Assembly: GCF_009914755.1 (NCBI RefSeq)
Contig: NC_060928.1
Strand: one strand, 5' to 3'
DNA: 64,000 bases
Source: the human T2T-CHM13v2.0 reference genome, Homo sapiens
How positions within the stretch are numbered: the stretch's first letter is position 1; the number at the start of each line of letters is the position of its first letter. Positions 38,801 through 52,004 of this stretch are shown in pieces. Made by a program: the position numbers and the translations under genes. The notes under the pieces are model-generated. The model was given only the letters and a program-made list of their open reading frames with translations. It made no database searches and was not told the DNA's origin.

Positions 38801-41800
38801 AGCATTTTGGAAACATTCCTTTAGTAGAATCTGCAAGTTGATATTTAGATAGCTTTGAAGATTTCGTTGGAAATGGGAATATCTTCATAGAAAATCTAGA
38901 CGGAAGCATTCTCAGAAACTGCTTTGTGATGTTTGCATTCAAGTCACAGAGTTGAATATTCCCTTTTATAGAGTAGGTTTGAAACACTCTTTTGGCACTA
39001 CCTGGAAGTGGATATTTCGAGCTCTTTGAGGCCTATGGTTAAAAGGAAATATCTTCCCATAAAAACTAGACAGAAGCCGTCTCAGAAACTTGTTTGTGAT
39101 GTGTGTATTCAACTAACAGAGTTGAACATTTCTGTTACAGAGCAATTTTAAAACACTCTTTTTGTGGAATCTGAAAGTGGATAATTGGATAGCTTTGTGG
39201 ATTTCGTTGGAAACGGGATGACGTATAAAATCTAGAGAGAAGCATTCTCAGGAACTTCTTTGTGATGTTTGCATTCAAGTCACAGAATTGAACATTCCCT
39301 TTCATAGAGCAGGTTTGAAACACTCTTTCTCTAGTATCTGGAAGTGGGCATTTCAAGCGCTTTCAGGCCTATGGAGAGAAAGGAAATACCTTCAAATAAA
39401 AACTAGACAGAAGCATTCTCAGAAACTTATTTGTGATGTGTGTCCTCAACTAACAGAGTTGAACCTTTGTTTTGATACAGCATTTTGGAAACACTCCTTT
39501 TGTAGGATCTGCAGGTGGATATTTGGATAGATTTTAAGATTTCATTGGAAACGGGAGTTTCTTCATAGAAACTCAAGACAGATGCATTCTCAGAAACATC
39601 TCTGTGATGTTTGCATTCCACTCATAGAGTTGAAAACTTCCTTTCATAGAGCAGGTTTGAAACACTCTTTTTGTAATATTTGGAAGTGGACATTTGCAGC
39701 GCTTTGAGGCCTATGGTGAAAAAGGAAATATCTTCTGATAAAAACCAGAAACAAGCATTCTCAGAAACTTCTTTTTGATGTGTGTACTCAAGTAACAGAG
39801 TTGAACCTTCCTTTTGACACAGCAGTTTTGAAACAATCTTTTTGTAGAATCTGCAAGTGGATATTTGGATAGCTTTGAGGATTTCGTTGGAAACGGGATA
39901 TCTTCATATAAAATCTAGAGAGAAGCTTTCTCAGAAACTTCTTTGTGCTGTATGTCCTCAATTAACAGATTTGAACCATTGCTTGGATACAGCATTTTGG
40001 AAACATTCCTTGAGTAGAATCTGCAAGTTGATATTTAGATAGATTTGAAGATTTCGTTGGAAAAGGGAATATCTCCATATAAAATCTAGAGGGAAGCATT
40101 CTCAGAAACTGCTTTGTGATGTTTCCATTCAAGTCACAGAGTTGAATATTCCCTTTTATAGAGCACGTTTGAAACACTCTTTCTGCACTATCTGGAAGTG
40201 GACATTTCGAGCGCTTTGAGGCCTATGGTGAAAAAGGAAATATCTTCCCATAAAAACTAGACAGAAGCATTCTCAGAAACTTGTTTGTGATGTGTGTATT
40301 CAACTAACAGAGTTGAACTTTTGTTTTTACAGAGCCGTTTTAAAACACTCTTTTTGTGGAATCAGAAAGTGGATATTCGGATGGCTCTGAGGATTTCGTT
40401 GGAAGCGGGATTACATATAAAATCTAGAGAGAAGCATTCTCAGGAACTTCTTTGTGATGTTTGCATTGAAGTCACAGAATTGAACATTCACTTTGATAGA
40501 GCAGGTTTGAAACACTCATTCTGTAGTATCTGGAAGTGGACATTTCAAGCGCTTTCAGGCCTATGGTGAGAAAGGAAATATCTTCGAATAAAAACTAGAC
40601 AGAAGCATCCTCAGAAACTTATTTGTGATGTGTGTCCTCAACTAACAGAGTTGAAACTTTGTTTTGATACAGCATTTTGGAAACACTCTTTTTGTAGAAT
40701 CTGCAGGTGGATATTTGGATAGCTTAGAGGGATTCGTTGGAAAGGGGATATCTTCATATAAAATCTAGACAGAAGCATTCTCAGAAACTTATTTGTGATG
40801 TGTGTCCTCAACTAACAGAGTTGAACCTTGGTTTTGATACAGCATTTTGGAAACACTCCTTTTGTAGAATCTGCAGGTGGATATGTGGATAGCTCTGAAG
40901 ATTTCGTTGGAAACGGGAATTTCTTCATATAAAATCAAACAGAAGCATTCTCAGAAACTTCTCAGTGATGTTTGCATTCAGCTCATGGAGTTGAACACTT
41001 CCTTTCATAGAGCCGGTTTGAAACACTCTTTCTGCACTACCTGGAAGAGGCCATTTCGAGCGCTTTGAGTCCTATGGTGAAAAAGGAAATATCTTCTCAT
41101 AAAAACCAGAAAGAAGCATTCTCAGAAACTTCTTTGTGTTGTGTGTACTCATGTAACAGTGTTGAACCATCCTTTTGACAGAGCAGTTTTGAAACACTCT
41201 TTTTGTAGAATCTGCAAGTGGATATTTGGATAGCTTTGAGGATTTCGTTGGAAACGGGATGACATATAATATCTAGAGAGAAGCATACTCAGGAACTTCT
41301 TTGTGATGTTTGCATTCAAGTCACAGAATTGAACATTCCCTTTCATAGAGCAGGTTTGAAACACTCTTTCTCTAGTATCTGGAAGTGGGCATTTCAAGCG
41401 CTTTCAGGCCTATGGAGAGAAAGGAAATACCTTCAAATAAAAACTAGACAGAAGCATTCTCAGAAACTTATTTGTGATGTGTGTTCTCAACTAACAGAGT
41501 TGAACCTTTGTTTTGATACAGCATTTTGGAAACACTCCTTTTGTAGAATCTGCAGGTGGATATTTGGATAACTTTGAAGATTTCGTTGGAAACCGGAATA
41601 TCTTCATATAAAATCAAGACAGAAGCATTCTCGGAAACATCTCTGTGATGTTTGCATTCAACTCAGTAGAGTTGAACACTTCCTTTCATAGAGCAGGTTT
41701 GAAACACTCTTTCTGCACTACCTGGAAGCGGACATTTCGAGCGCTTTGAGGCCTATGGTGAAAAAGGAAATATCTTCTCATAAAAACCAGAAAGAAGCAT

Positions 41801-44800
41801 TCTCAGAAACTTCTTTGTGTTGTGTGTACTCAAGTAACAGTGTTGAACCTTCCTTTTGACACAGCAGTTTTGAAACACTCTTTTGGTAGAATCTGCAAGT
41901 GGATATTTGGATAGCTTTGAGGATTTCGTTGGAAACGGGTTATCTTCATATAAAATCCAGACAGGAGCATTCTCAGAAACTTCTTTGTGCTGCATGTCCT
42001 CAATTCACAGAGCTGAACCTTTGTTTGGATACAGCATTTTGGAAACATTCCTTTAGTAGAATCTGCAAGTTGATATTTAGATAGCTTTGAAGATTTCGTT
42101 GGAAACGGGAATATCTTCATAGAAAATCTAGACGGAAGCATTCTCAGAAACTGCTTTGTGATGTTTGCATTCAAGTCACAGAGTTGAATATTCCCTTTTA
42201 TAGAGTAGGTTTGAAACACTCTTTCGGCACTACCTGGAAGTGGATATTTCGAGCTCTTTGAGGCCTATGGTTAAAAGGAAATATCTTCCCATAAAAACTA
42301 GACAGAAGCCGTCTCAGAAACTTGTTTGTGATGTGTGTATACAACTACCAGAGTTGAACATTTCTGTTACAGAGCAATTTTAAAACACTCTTTTTGTGGA
42401 ATCTGAAAGTGGATAATTGGATAGCTTTGTGGATTTCGTTGGAAACGGGATGACGTATAAAATCTAGAGAGAAGCATTCTCAGGAACTTCTTTCTGATGT
42501 TTGCATTCAAGTCACAGAATTGAACATTCCTTTTCATAGTGCAGGTTTGAAACACTCTTTCTGTAGTATCTGGAAGTGGACATTTCAAGCGCTTTCAGGC
42601 CTACGGGGAGAAAGGAAATATCTTCAAATAAAAACTAGACAGAAGGATTCTCAGAAACTTATTTGTGATGTGTGTCCTAAACGAACACAGTTGAACCTTT
42701 GTTTTGATACAGCATTTTGGAAACACTCCTTTTGTAGGATCTGCAGGTGGATATTTGGATAGATTTTAAGATTTCGTTGGAAACGGGAGTTTCTTCATAG
42801 AAACTCAAGACAGATGCATTCTCAGAAACATCTCTGTGATGTTTGCATTCCACTCATAGAGTTGAAAACTTCCTTTCATAGAGCAGGTTTGAAACACTCT
42901 TTTTGTAATATTTGGAAGTGGACATTTGCAGCACTTTGAGGCCTATGGTGAAAAAGGAAATATCTTCTCATAAAAACCAGAAAGAAGCATTCTCAGAAAC
43001 TTCTTTTTGATGTGTGTACTCAAGTAACAGAGTTGAACCTTCCTTTTGACACAGCAGTTTTGAAACAATCTTTTTGTAGAATCTGCAAGTGGATATTTGG
43101 ATAGCTTTGAGGATTTCGTTGGAAACGGGATATCTTCATATAAAATCTAGACAGAAGCATTCTCAGAAACTTCTTTGTGCTGTATGTCCTCAATTAACAG
43201 AGTTGAACCATTGCTTGGATACAGCATTTTGGAAACATTCCTTGAGTAGATTCTGCAAGTTGATATTTAGATAGATTTGAAGATTTCGTTGGAAAAGGGA
43301 ATATCTCCATATAAAATCTAGAGGGAAGCATTCTCAGAAACTGCTTTGTGATGTTTCCATTCAAGTCACAGAGTTGAATATTCCCTTTTATAGAGCACGT
43401 TTGAAACACTCTTTCTGCACTATCTGGAAGTGGACATTTCGAGCACTTTGAGGCCTATGGTGAAAAAGGAAATATCTTCCCATAAAAACTAGACAGAAGC
43501 ATTCTCAGAAACTTGTTTGTGATGTGTGTATTCAACTAACAGAGTTGAACTTTTGTTTTTACAGAGCCGTTTTAAAACACTCTTTTTGTGGAATCAGAAA
43601 GTGGATATTCGGATGGCTCTGAGGATTTCGTTGGAAGCGGGATTATATATAAAATCTAGAGAGAAGCATTCTCAGGAACTTCTTTGTGATGTTTGCATTG
43701 AAGTCACAGAATTGAACATTCACTTTGATAGAGCAGGTTTGAAACACTCATTCTGTAGTATCTGGAAGTGGACATTTCAAGCGCTTTCAGGCCTATGGTG
43801 AAAAAGGAAATATCTTCGAATAAAAACTAGACAGAAGCATCCTCAGAAACTTATTTGTGATGTGTGTCCTCAACTAACAGAGTTGAAACTTTGTTTTGAT
43901 ACAGCATTTTGGAAACACTCTTTTTGTAGAATCTGCAGGTGGATATTTGGATAGCTTAGAGGGATTCCTTGGAAAGGGGATATCTTCATATAAAATCTAG
44001 ACAGAAGCATTCTCAGAAACTTATTTGTGATGTGTGTCCTCAACTAACAGAGTTGAACCTTGGTTTTGATACAGCATTTTGGAAACACTCCTTTTGTAGA
44101 ATCTGCAGGTGGATATGTGGATAGCTCTGAAGATTTCGTTGGAAACGGGAATTTCTTCATATAAAATCAAACAGAAGCATTCTCAGAAACTTCTCAGTGA
44201 TGTTTGCATTCAGCTCATGGAGTTGAACACTTCCTTTCATAGAGCCGGTTTGAAACACTCTTTCTGCACTACCTGGAAGAGGACATTTCGAGCGCTTTGA
44301 GTCCTATGGTGAAAAAGGAAATATCTTCTCATAAAAACCAGAAAGAAGCATTCTCAGAAACTTCTTTGTGTTGTGTGTACTCATGTAACAGTGTTGAACC
44401 ATCCTTTTGACAGAGCAGTTTTGAAACACTCTTTTTGTAGAATCTGCAAGTGGATATTTGGATAGCTTTGAGGATTTCGTTGGAAACGGGATGACATATA
44501 ATATCTAGAGAGAAGCATTCTCAGGAACTTCTTTGTGATGTTTGCATTCAAGTCACAGAATTGAACATTCCCTTTCATAGAGCAGGTTTGAAACACTCTT
44601 TCTCTAGTATCTGGAAGTGGGCATTTCAAGCGCTTTCAGGCCTATGGAGAGAAAGGAAATACCTTCAAATAAAAACTAGACAGAAGCATTCTCAGAAACT
44701 TATTTGTGATGTGTGTCCTCAACTAACAGAGTTGAACCTTTGTTTTGATACAGCATTTTGGAAACACTCCTTTTGTAGAATCTGCAGGTGGATATTTGGA

Positions 44801-47800
44801 TAACTTTGAAGATTTCGTTGGAAACCGGAATATCTTCATATAAAATCAAGACAGAAGCATTCTCGGAAACATCTCTGTGATGTTTGCATTCAACTCAGTA
44901 GAGTTGAACACTTCCTTTCATAGAGCCGGTTTGAAACACTCTTTCTGCACTACCTGGAAGCGGACATTTCGAGCGCTTTGAGGCCTATGGTGAAAAAGGA
45001 AATATCTTCTCATAAAAACCAGAAAGAAGCATTCTCAGAAACTTCTTTGTGTTGTGTGTACTCAAGTAACAGTGTTGAACCTTCCTTTTGACACAGCAGT
45101 TTTGAAACACTCTTTTGGTAGAATCTGCAAGTGGATATTTGGATAGCTTTGAGGATTTCGTTGGAAACGGGTTATCTTCATATAAAATCCAGACAGGAGC
45201 ATTCTCAGAAACTTCTTTGTGCTGCATGTCCTCAATTCACAGAGCTGAACCTTTGTTTGGATACAGCATTTTGGAAACATTCCTTTAGTAGAATCTGCAA
45301 GTTGATATTTAGATAGCTTTGAAGATTTCGTTGGAAACGGGAATATCTTCATAGAAAATCTAGACGGAAGCATTCTCAGAAACTGCTTTGTGATGTTTGC
45401 ATTCAAGTCACAGAGTTGAATATTCCCTTTTATAGAGTAGGTTTGAAACACTCTTTTGGCACTACCTGGAAGTGGATATTTCGAGCTCTTTGAGGCCTAT
45501 GGTTAAAAGGAAATATCTTCCCATAAAAACTAGACAGAAGCCGTCTCAGAAACTTGTTTGTGATGTGTGTATTCAACTAACAGAGTTGAACATTTCTGTT
45601 ACAGAGCAATTTTAAAACACTCTTTTTGTGGAATCTGAAAGTGGATAATTGGATAGCTTTGTGGATTTCGTTGGAAACGGGATGACGTATAAAATCTAGA
45701 GAGAAGCATTCTCAGGAACTTCTTTGTGATGTTTGCATTCAAGTCACAGAATTGAACATTCCCTTTCATAGAGCAGGTTTGAAACACTCTTTCTCTAGTA
45801 TCTGGAAGTGGGCATTTCAAGCGCTTTCAGGCCTATGGAGAGAAAGGAAATACCTTCAAATAAAAACTAGACAGAAGCATTCTCAGAAACTTATTTGTGA
45901 TGTGTGTCCTCAACTAACAGAGTTGAACCTTTGTTTTGATACAGCATTTTGGAAACACTCCTTTTGTAGGATCTGCAGGTGGATATTTGGATAGATTTTA
46001 AGATTTCGTTGGAAACGGGAGTTTCTTCATAGAAACTCAAGACAGATGCATTCTCAGAAACATCTCTGTGATGTTTGCATTCCACTCATAGATTTGAAAA
46101 CTTCCTTTCATAGAGCAGGTTTGAAACACTCTTTTTGTAATATTTGGAAGTGGACATTTGCAGCGCTTTGAGGCCTATGGTGAAAAAGGAAATATCTTCT
46201 GATAAAAACCAGAAACAAGCATTCTCAGAAACTTCTTTTTGATGTGTGTACTCAAGTAACAGAGTTGAACCTTCCTTTTGACACAGCAGTTTTGAAACAA
46301 TCTTTTTGTAGAATCTGCAAGTGGATATTTGGATAGCTTTGAGGATTTCGTTGGAAACGGGATATCTTCATATAAAATCTAGAGAGAAGCTTTCTCAGAA
46401 ACTTCTTTGTGCTGTATGTCCTCAATTAACAGATTTGAACCATTGCTTGGATACAGCATTTTGGAAACATTCCTTGAGTAGAATCTGCAAGTTGATATTT
46501 AGATAGATTTGAAGATTTCGTTGGAAAAGGGAATATCTCCATATAAAATCTAGAGGGAAGCATTCTCAGAAACTGCTTTGTGATGTTTCCATTCAAGTCA
46601 CAGAGTTGAATATTCCCTTTTATAGAGCACGTTTGAAACACTCTTTCTGCACTATCTGGAAGTGGACATTTCGAGCGCTTTGAGGCCTATGGTGAAAAAG
46701 GAAATATCTTCCCATAAAAACTAGACAGAAGCATTCTCAGAAACTTGTTTGTGATGTGTGTATTCAACTAACAGAGTTGAACTTTTGTTTTTACAGAGCC
46801 GTTTTAAAACACTCTTTTTGTGGAATCAGAAAGTGGATATTCGGATGGCTCTGAGGATTTCGTTGGAAGCGGGATTACATATAAAATCTAGAGAGAAGCA
46901 TTCTCAGGAACTTCTTTGTGATGTTTGCATTGAAGTCACAGAATTGAACATTCACTTTGATAGAGCAGGTTTGAAACACTCATTCTGTAGTATCTGGAAG
47001 TGGACATTTCAAGCGCTTTCAGGCCTATGGTGAGAAAGGAAATATCTTCGAATAAAAACTAGACAGAAGCATCCTCAGAAACTTATTTGTGATGTGTGTC
47101 CTCAACTAACAGAGTTGAAACTTTGTTTTGATACAGCATTTTGGAAACACTCTTTTTGTAGAATCTGCAGGTGGATATTTGGATAGCTTAGAGGGATTCG
47201 TTGGAAAGGGGATATCTTCATATAAAATCTAGACAGAAGCATTCTCAGAAACTTATTTGTGATGTGTGTCCTCAACTAACAGAGTTGAACCTTGGTTTTG
47301 ATACAGCATTTTGGAAACACTCCTTTTGTAGAATCTGCAGGTGGATATGTGGATAGCTCTGAAGATTTCGTTGGAAACGGGAATTTCTTCATATAAAATC
47401 AAACAGAAGCATTCTCAGAAACTTCTCAGTGATGTTTGCATTCAGCTCATGGAGTTGAACACTTCCTTTCATAGAGCCGGTTTGAAACACTCTTTCTGCA
47501 CTACCTGGAAGAGGACATTTCGAGCGCTTTGAGTCCTATGGTGAAAAAGGAAATATCTTCTCATAAAAACCAGAAAGAAGCATTCTCAGAAACTTCTTTG
47601 TGTTGTGTGTACTCATGTAACAGTGTTGAACCATCCTTTTGACAGAGCAGTTTTGAAACACTCTTTTTGTAGAATTTGCAAGTGGATATTTGGATAGCTT
47701 TGAGGATTTCGTTGGAAACGGGATGACATATAATATCTAGAGAGAAGCATACTCAGGAACTTCTTTGTGATGTTTGCATTCAAGTCACAGAATTGAACAT

Positions 47801-50800
47801 TCCCTTTCATAGAGCAGGTTTGAAACACTCTTTCTCTAGTATCTGGAAGTGGGCATTTCAAGCGCTTTCAGGCCTATGGAGAGAAAGGAAATACCTTCAA
47901 ATAAAAACTAGACAGAAGCATTCTCAGAAACTTATTTGTGATGTGTGTTCTCAACTAACAGAGTTGAACCTTTGTTTTGATACAGCATTTTGGAAACACT
48001 CCTTTTGTAGAATCTGCAGGTGGATATTTGGATAACTTTGAAGATTTCGTTGGAAACCGGAATATCTTCATATAAAATCAAGACAGAAGCATTCTCGGAA
48101 ACATCTCTGTGATGTTTGCATTCAACTCAGTAGAGTTGAACACTTCCTTTCATAGAGCAGGTTTGAAACACTCTTTCTGCACTACCTGGAAGCGGACATT
48201 TCGAGCGCTTTGAGGCCTATGGTGAAAAAGGAAATATCTTCTCATAAAAACCAGAAAGAAGCATTCTCAGAAACTTCTTTGTGTTGTGTGTACTCAAGTA
48301 ACAGTGTTGAACCTTCCTTTTGACACAGCAGTTTTGAAACACTCTTTTGGTAGAATCTGCAAGTGGATATTTGGATAGCTTTGAGGATTTCGTTGGAAAC
48401 GGGTTATCTTCATATAAAATCCAGACAGGAGCATTCTCAGAAACTTCTTTGTGCTGCATGTCCTCAATTCACAGAGCTGAACCTTTGTTTGGATACAGCA
48501 TTTTGGAAACATTCCTTTAGTAGAATCTGCAAGTTGATATTTAGATAGCTTTGAAGATTTCGTTGGAAACGGGAATATCTTCATAGAAAATCTAGACGGA
48601 AGCATTCTCAGAAACTGCTTTGTGATGTTTGCATTCAAGTCACAGAGTTGAATATTCCCTTTTATAGAGTAGGTTTGAAACACTCTTTCGGCACTACCTG
48701 GAAGTGGATATTTCGAGCTCTTTGAGGCCTATGGTTAAAAGGAAATATCTTCCCATAAAAACTAGACAGAAGCCGTCTCAGAAACTTGTTTGTGATGTGT
48801 GTATACAACTACCAGAGTTGAACATTTCTGTTACAGAGCAATTTTAAAACACTCTTTTTGTGGAATCTGAAAGTGGATAATTGGATAGCTTTGTGGATTT
48901 CGTTGGAAACGGGATGACGTATAAAATCTAGAGAGAAGCATTCTCAGGAACTTCTTTCTGATGTTTGCATTCAAGTCACAGAATTGAACATTCCTTTTCA
49001 TAGTGCAGGTTTGAAACACTCTTTCTGTAGTATCTGGAAGTGGACATTTCAAGCGCTTTCAGGCCTACGGGGAGAAAGGAAATATCTTCAAATAAAAACT
49101 AGACAGAAGGATTCTCAGAAACTTATTTGTGATGTGTGTCCTCAACTAACAGAGTTGAACCTTTGTTTTGATACAGCATTTTGGAAACACTCCTTTTGTA
49201 GGATCTGCAGGTGGATATTTGGATAGATTTTAAGATTTCGTTGGAAACGGGAGTTTCTTCATAGAAACTCAAGACAGATGCATTCTCAGAAACATCTCTG
49301 TGATGTTTGCATTCCACTCATAGATTTGAAAACTTCCTTTCATAGAGCAGGTTTGAAACACTCTTTTTGTAATATTTGGAAGTGGACATTTGCAGCGCTT
49401 TGAGGCCTATGGTGAAAAAGGAAATATCTTCTGATAAAAACCAGAAACAAGCATTCTCAGAAACTTCTTTTTGATGTGTGTACTCAAGTAACAGAGTTGA
49501 ACCTTCCTTTTGACACAGCAGTTTTGAAACAATCTTTTTGTAGAATCTGCAAGTGGATATTTGGATAGCTTTGAGGATTTCGTTGGAAACGGGATATCTT
49601 CATATAAAATCTAGACAGAAGCTTTCTCAGAAACTTCTTTGTGCTGTATGTCCTCAATTAACAGATTTGAACCATTGCTTGGATACAGCATTTTGGAAAC
49701 ATTCCTTGAGTAGAATCTGCAAGTTGATATTTAGATAGATTTGAAGATTTCGTTGGAAAAGGGAATATCTCCATAGAAAATCTAGAGGGAAGCATTCTCA
49801 GAAACTGCTTTGTGATGTTTCCATTCAAGTCACAGAGTTGAATATTCCCTTTTATAGAGCACGTTTGAAACACTCTTTCTGCACTATCTGGAAGTGGACA
49901 TTTCGAGCGCTTTGAGGCCTATGGTGAAAAAGGAAATATCTTCCCATAAAAACTAGACAGAAGCATTCTCAGAAACTTGTTTGTGATGTGTGTATTCAAC
50001 TAACAGAGTTGAACTTTTGTTTTTACAGAGCCGTTTTAAAACACTCTTTTTGTGGAATCAGAAAGTGGATATTCGGATGGCTCTGAGGATTTCGTTGGAA
50101 GCGGAATTACATATAAAATCTAGAGAGAAGCATTCTCAGGAACTTCTTTGTGATGTTTGCATTGAAGTCACAGAATTGAACATTCACTTTGATAGAGCAG
50201 GTTTGAAACACTCATTCTGTAGTATCTGGAAGTGGACATTTCAAGCGCTTTCAGGCCTATGGTGAGAAAGGAAATATCTTCGAATAAAAACTAGACAGAA
50301 GCATCCTCAGAAACTTATTTGTGATGTGTGTCCTCAACTAACAGAGTTGAAACTTTGTTTTGATACAGCATTTTGGAAACACTCTTTTTGTAGAATCTGC
50401 AGGTGGATATTTGGATAGCTTAGAGGGATTCGTTGGAAAGGGGATATCTTCATATAAAATCTAGACAGAAGCATTCTCAGAAACTTATTTGTGATGTGTG
50501 TCCTCAACTAACAGAGTTGAACCTTGGTTTTGATACAGCATTTTGGAAACACTCCTTTTGTAGAATCTGCAGGTGGATATGTGGATAGCTCTGAAGATTT
50601 CGTTGGAAACGGGAATTTCTTCATATAAAATCAAACAGAAGCATTCTCAGAAACTTCTCAGTGATGTTTGCATTCAGCTCATGGAGTTGAACACTTCCTT
50701 TCATAGAGCCGGTTTGAAACACTCTTTCTGCACTACCTGGAAGAGGACATTTCGAGCGCTTTGAGTCCTATGGTGAAAAAGGAAATATCTTCTCATAAAA

Positions 50801-52004
50801 ACCAGAAAGAAGCATTCTCAGAAACTTCTTTGTGTTGTGTGTACTCATGTAACAGTGTTGAACCATCCTTTTGACAGAGCAGTTTTGAAACACTCTTTTT
50901 GTAGAATCTGCAAGTGGATATTTGGATAGCTTTGAGGATTTCGTTGGAAACGGGATGACATATAATATCTAGAGAGAAGCATACTCAGGAACTTCTTTGT
51001 GATGTTTGCATTCAAGTCACAGAATTGAACATTCCCTTTCATAGAGCAGGTTTGAAACACTCTTTCTCTAGTATCTGGAAGTGGGCATTTCAAGCGCTTT
51101 CAGGCCTATGGAGAGAAAGGAAATACCTTCAAATAAAAACTAGACAGAAGCATTCTCAGAAACTTATTTGTGATGTGTGTTCTCAACTAACAGAGTTGAA
51201 CCTTTGTTTTGATACAGCATTTTGGAAACACTCCTTTTGTAGAATCTGCAGGTGGATATTTGGATAACTTTGAAGATTTCGTTGGAAACCGGAATATCTT
51301 CATATAAAATCAAGACAGAAGCATTCTCGGAAACATCTCTGTGATGTTTGCATTCAACTCAGTAGAGTTGAACACTTCCTTTCATAGATCAGGTTTGAAA
51401 CACTCTTTCTGCACTACCTGGAAGCGGACATTTCGAGCGCTTTGAGGCCTATGGTGAAAAAGGAAATATCTTCTCATAAAAACCAGAAAGAAGCATTCTC
51501 AGAAACTTCTTTGTGTTGTGTGTACTCAAGTAACAGTGTTGAACCTTCCTTTTGACACAGCAGTTTTGAAACACTCTTTTGGTAGAATCTGCAAGTGGAT
51601 ATTTGGATAGCTTTGAGGATTTCGTTGGAAACGGGTTATCTTCATATAAAATCCAGACAGGAGCATTCTCAGAAACTTCTTTGTGCTGCATGTCCTCAAT
51701 TCACAGAGCTGAACCTTTGTTTGGATACAGCATTTTGGAAACATTCCTTTAGTAGAATCTGCAAGTTGATATTTAGATAGCTTTGAAGATTTCGTTGGAA
51801 ACGGGAATATCTTCATAGAAAATCTAGACGGAAGCATTCTCAGAAACTGCTTTGTGATGTTTGCATTCAAGTCACAGAGTTGAATATTCCCTTTTATAGA
51901 GTAGGTTTGAAACACTCTTTCGGCACTACCTGGAAGTGGATATTTCGAGCTCTTTGAGGCCTATGGTTAAAAGGAAATATCTTCCCATAAAAACTAGACA
52001 GAAG
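35845..52004 (+). repeat. HOR units 11-15: five consecutive 3232-bp 19-mers (starts 35845, 39077, 42309, 45541, 48773)
   Basis: Exact 3232-bp marker spacing; units 12 and 14 carry the M14/M15-for-M2/M3 replacement. Confidence 0.94.
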
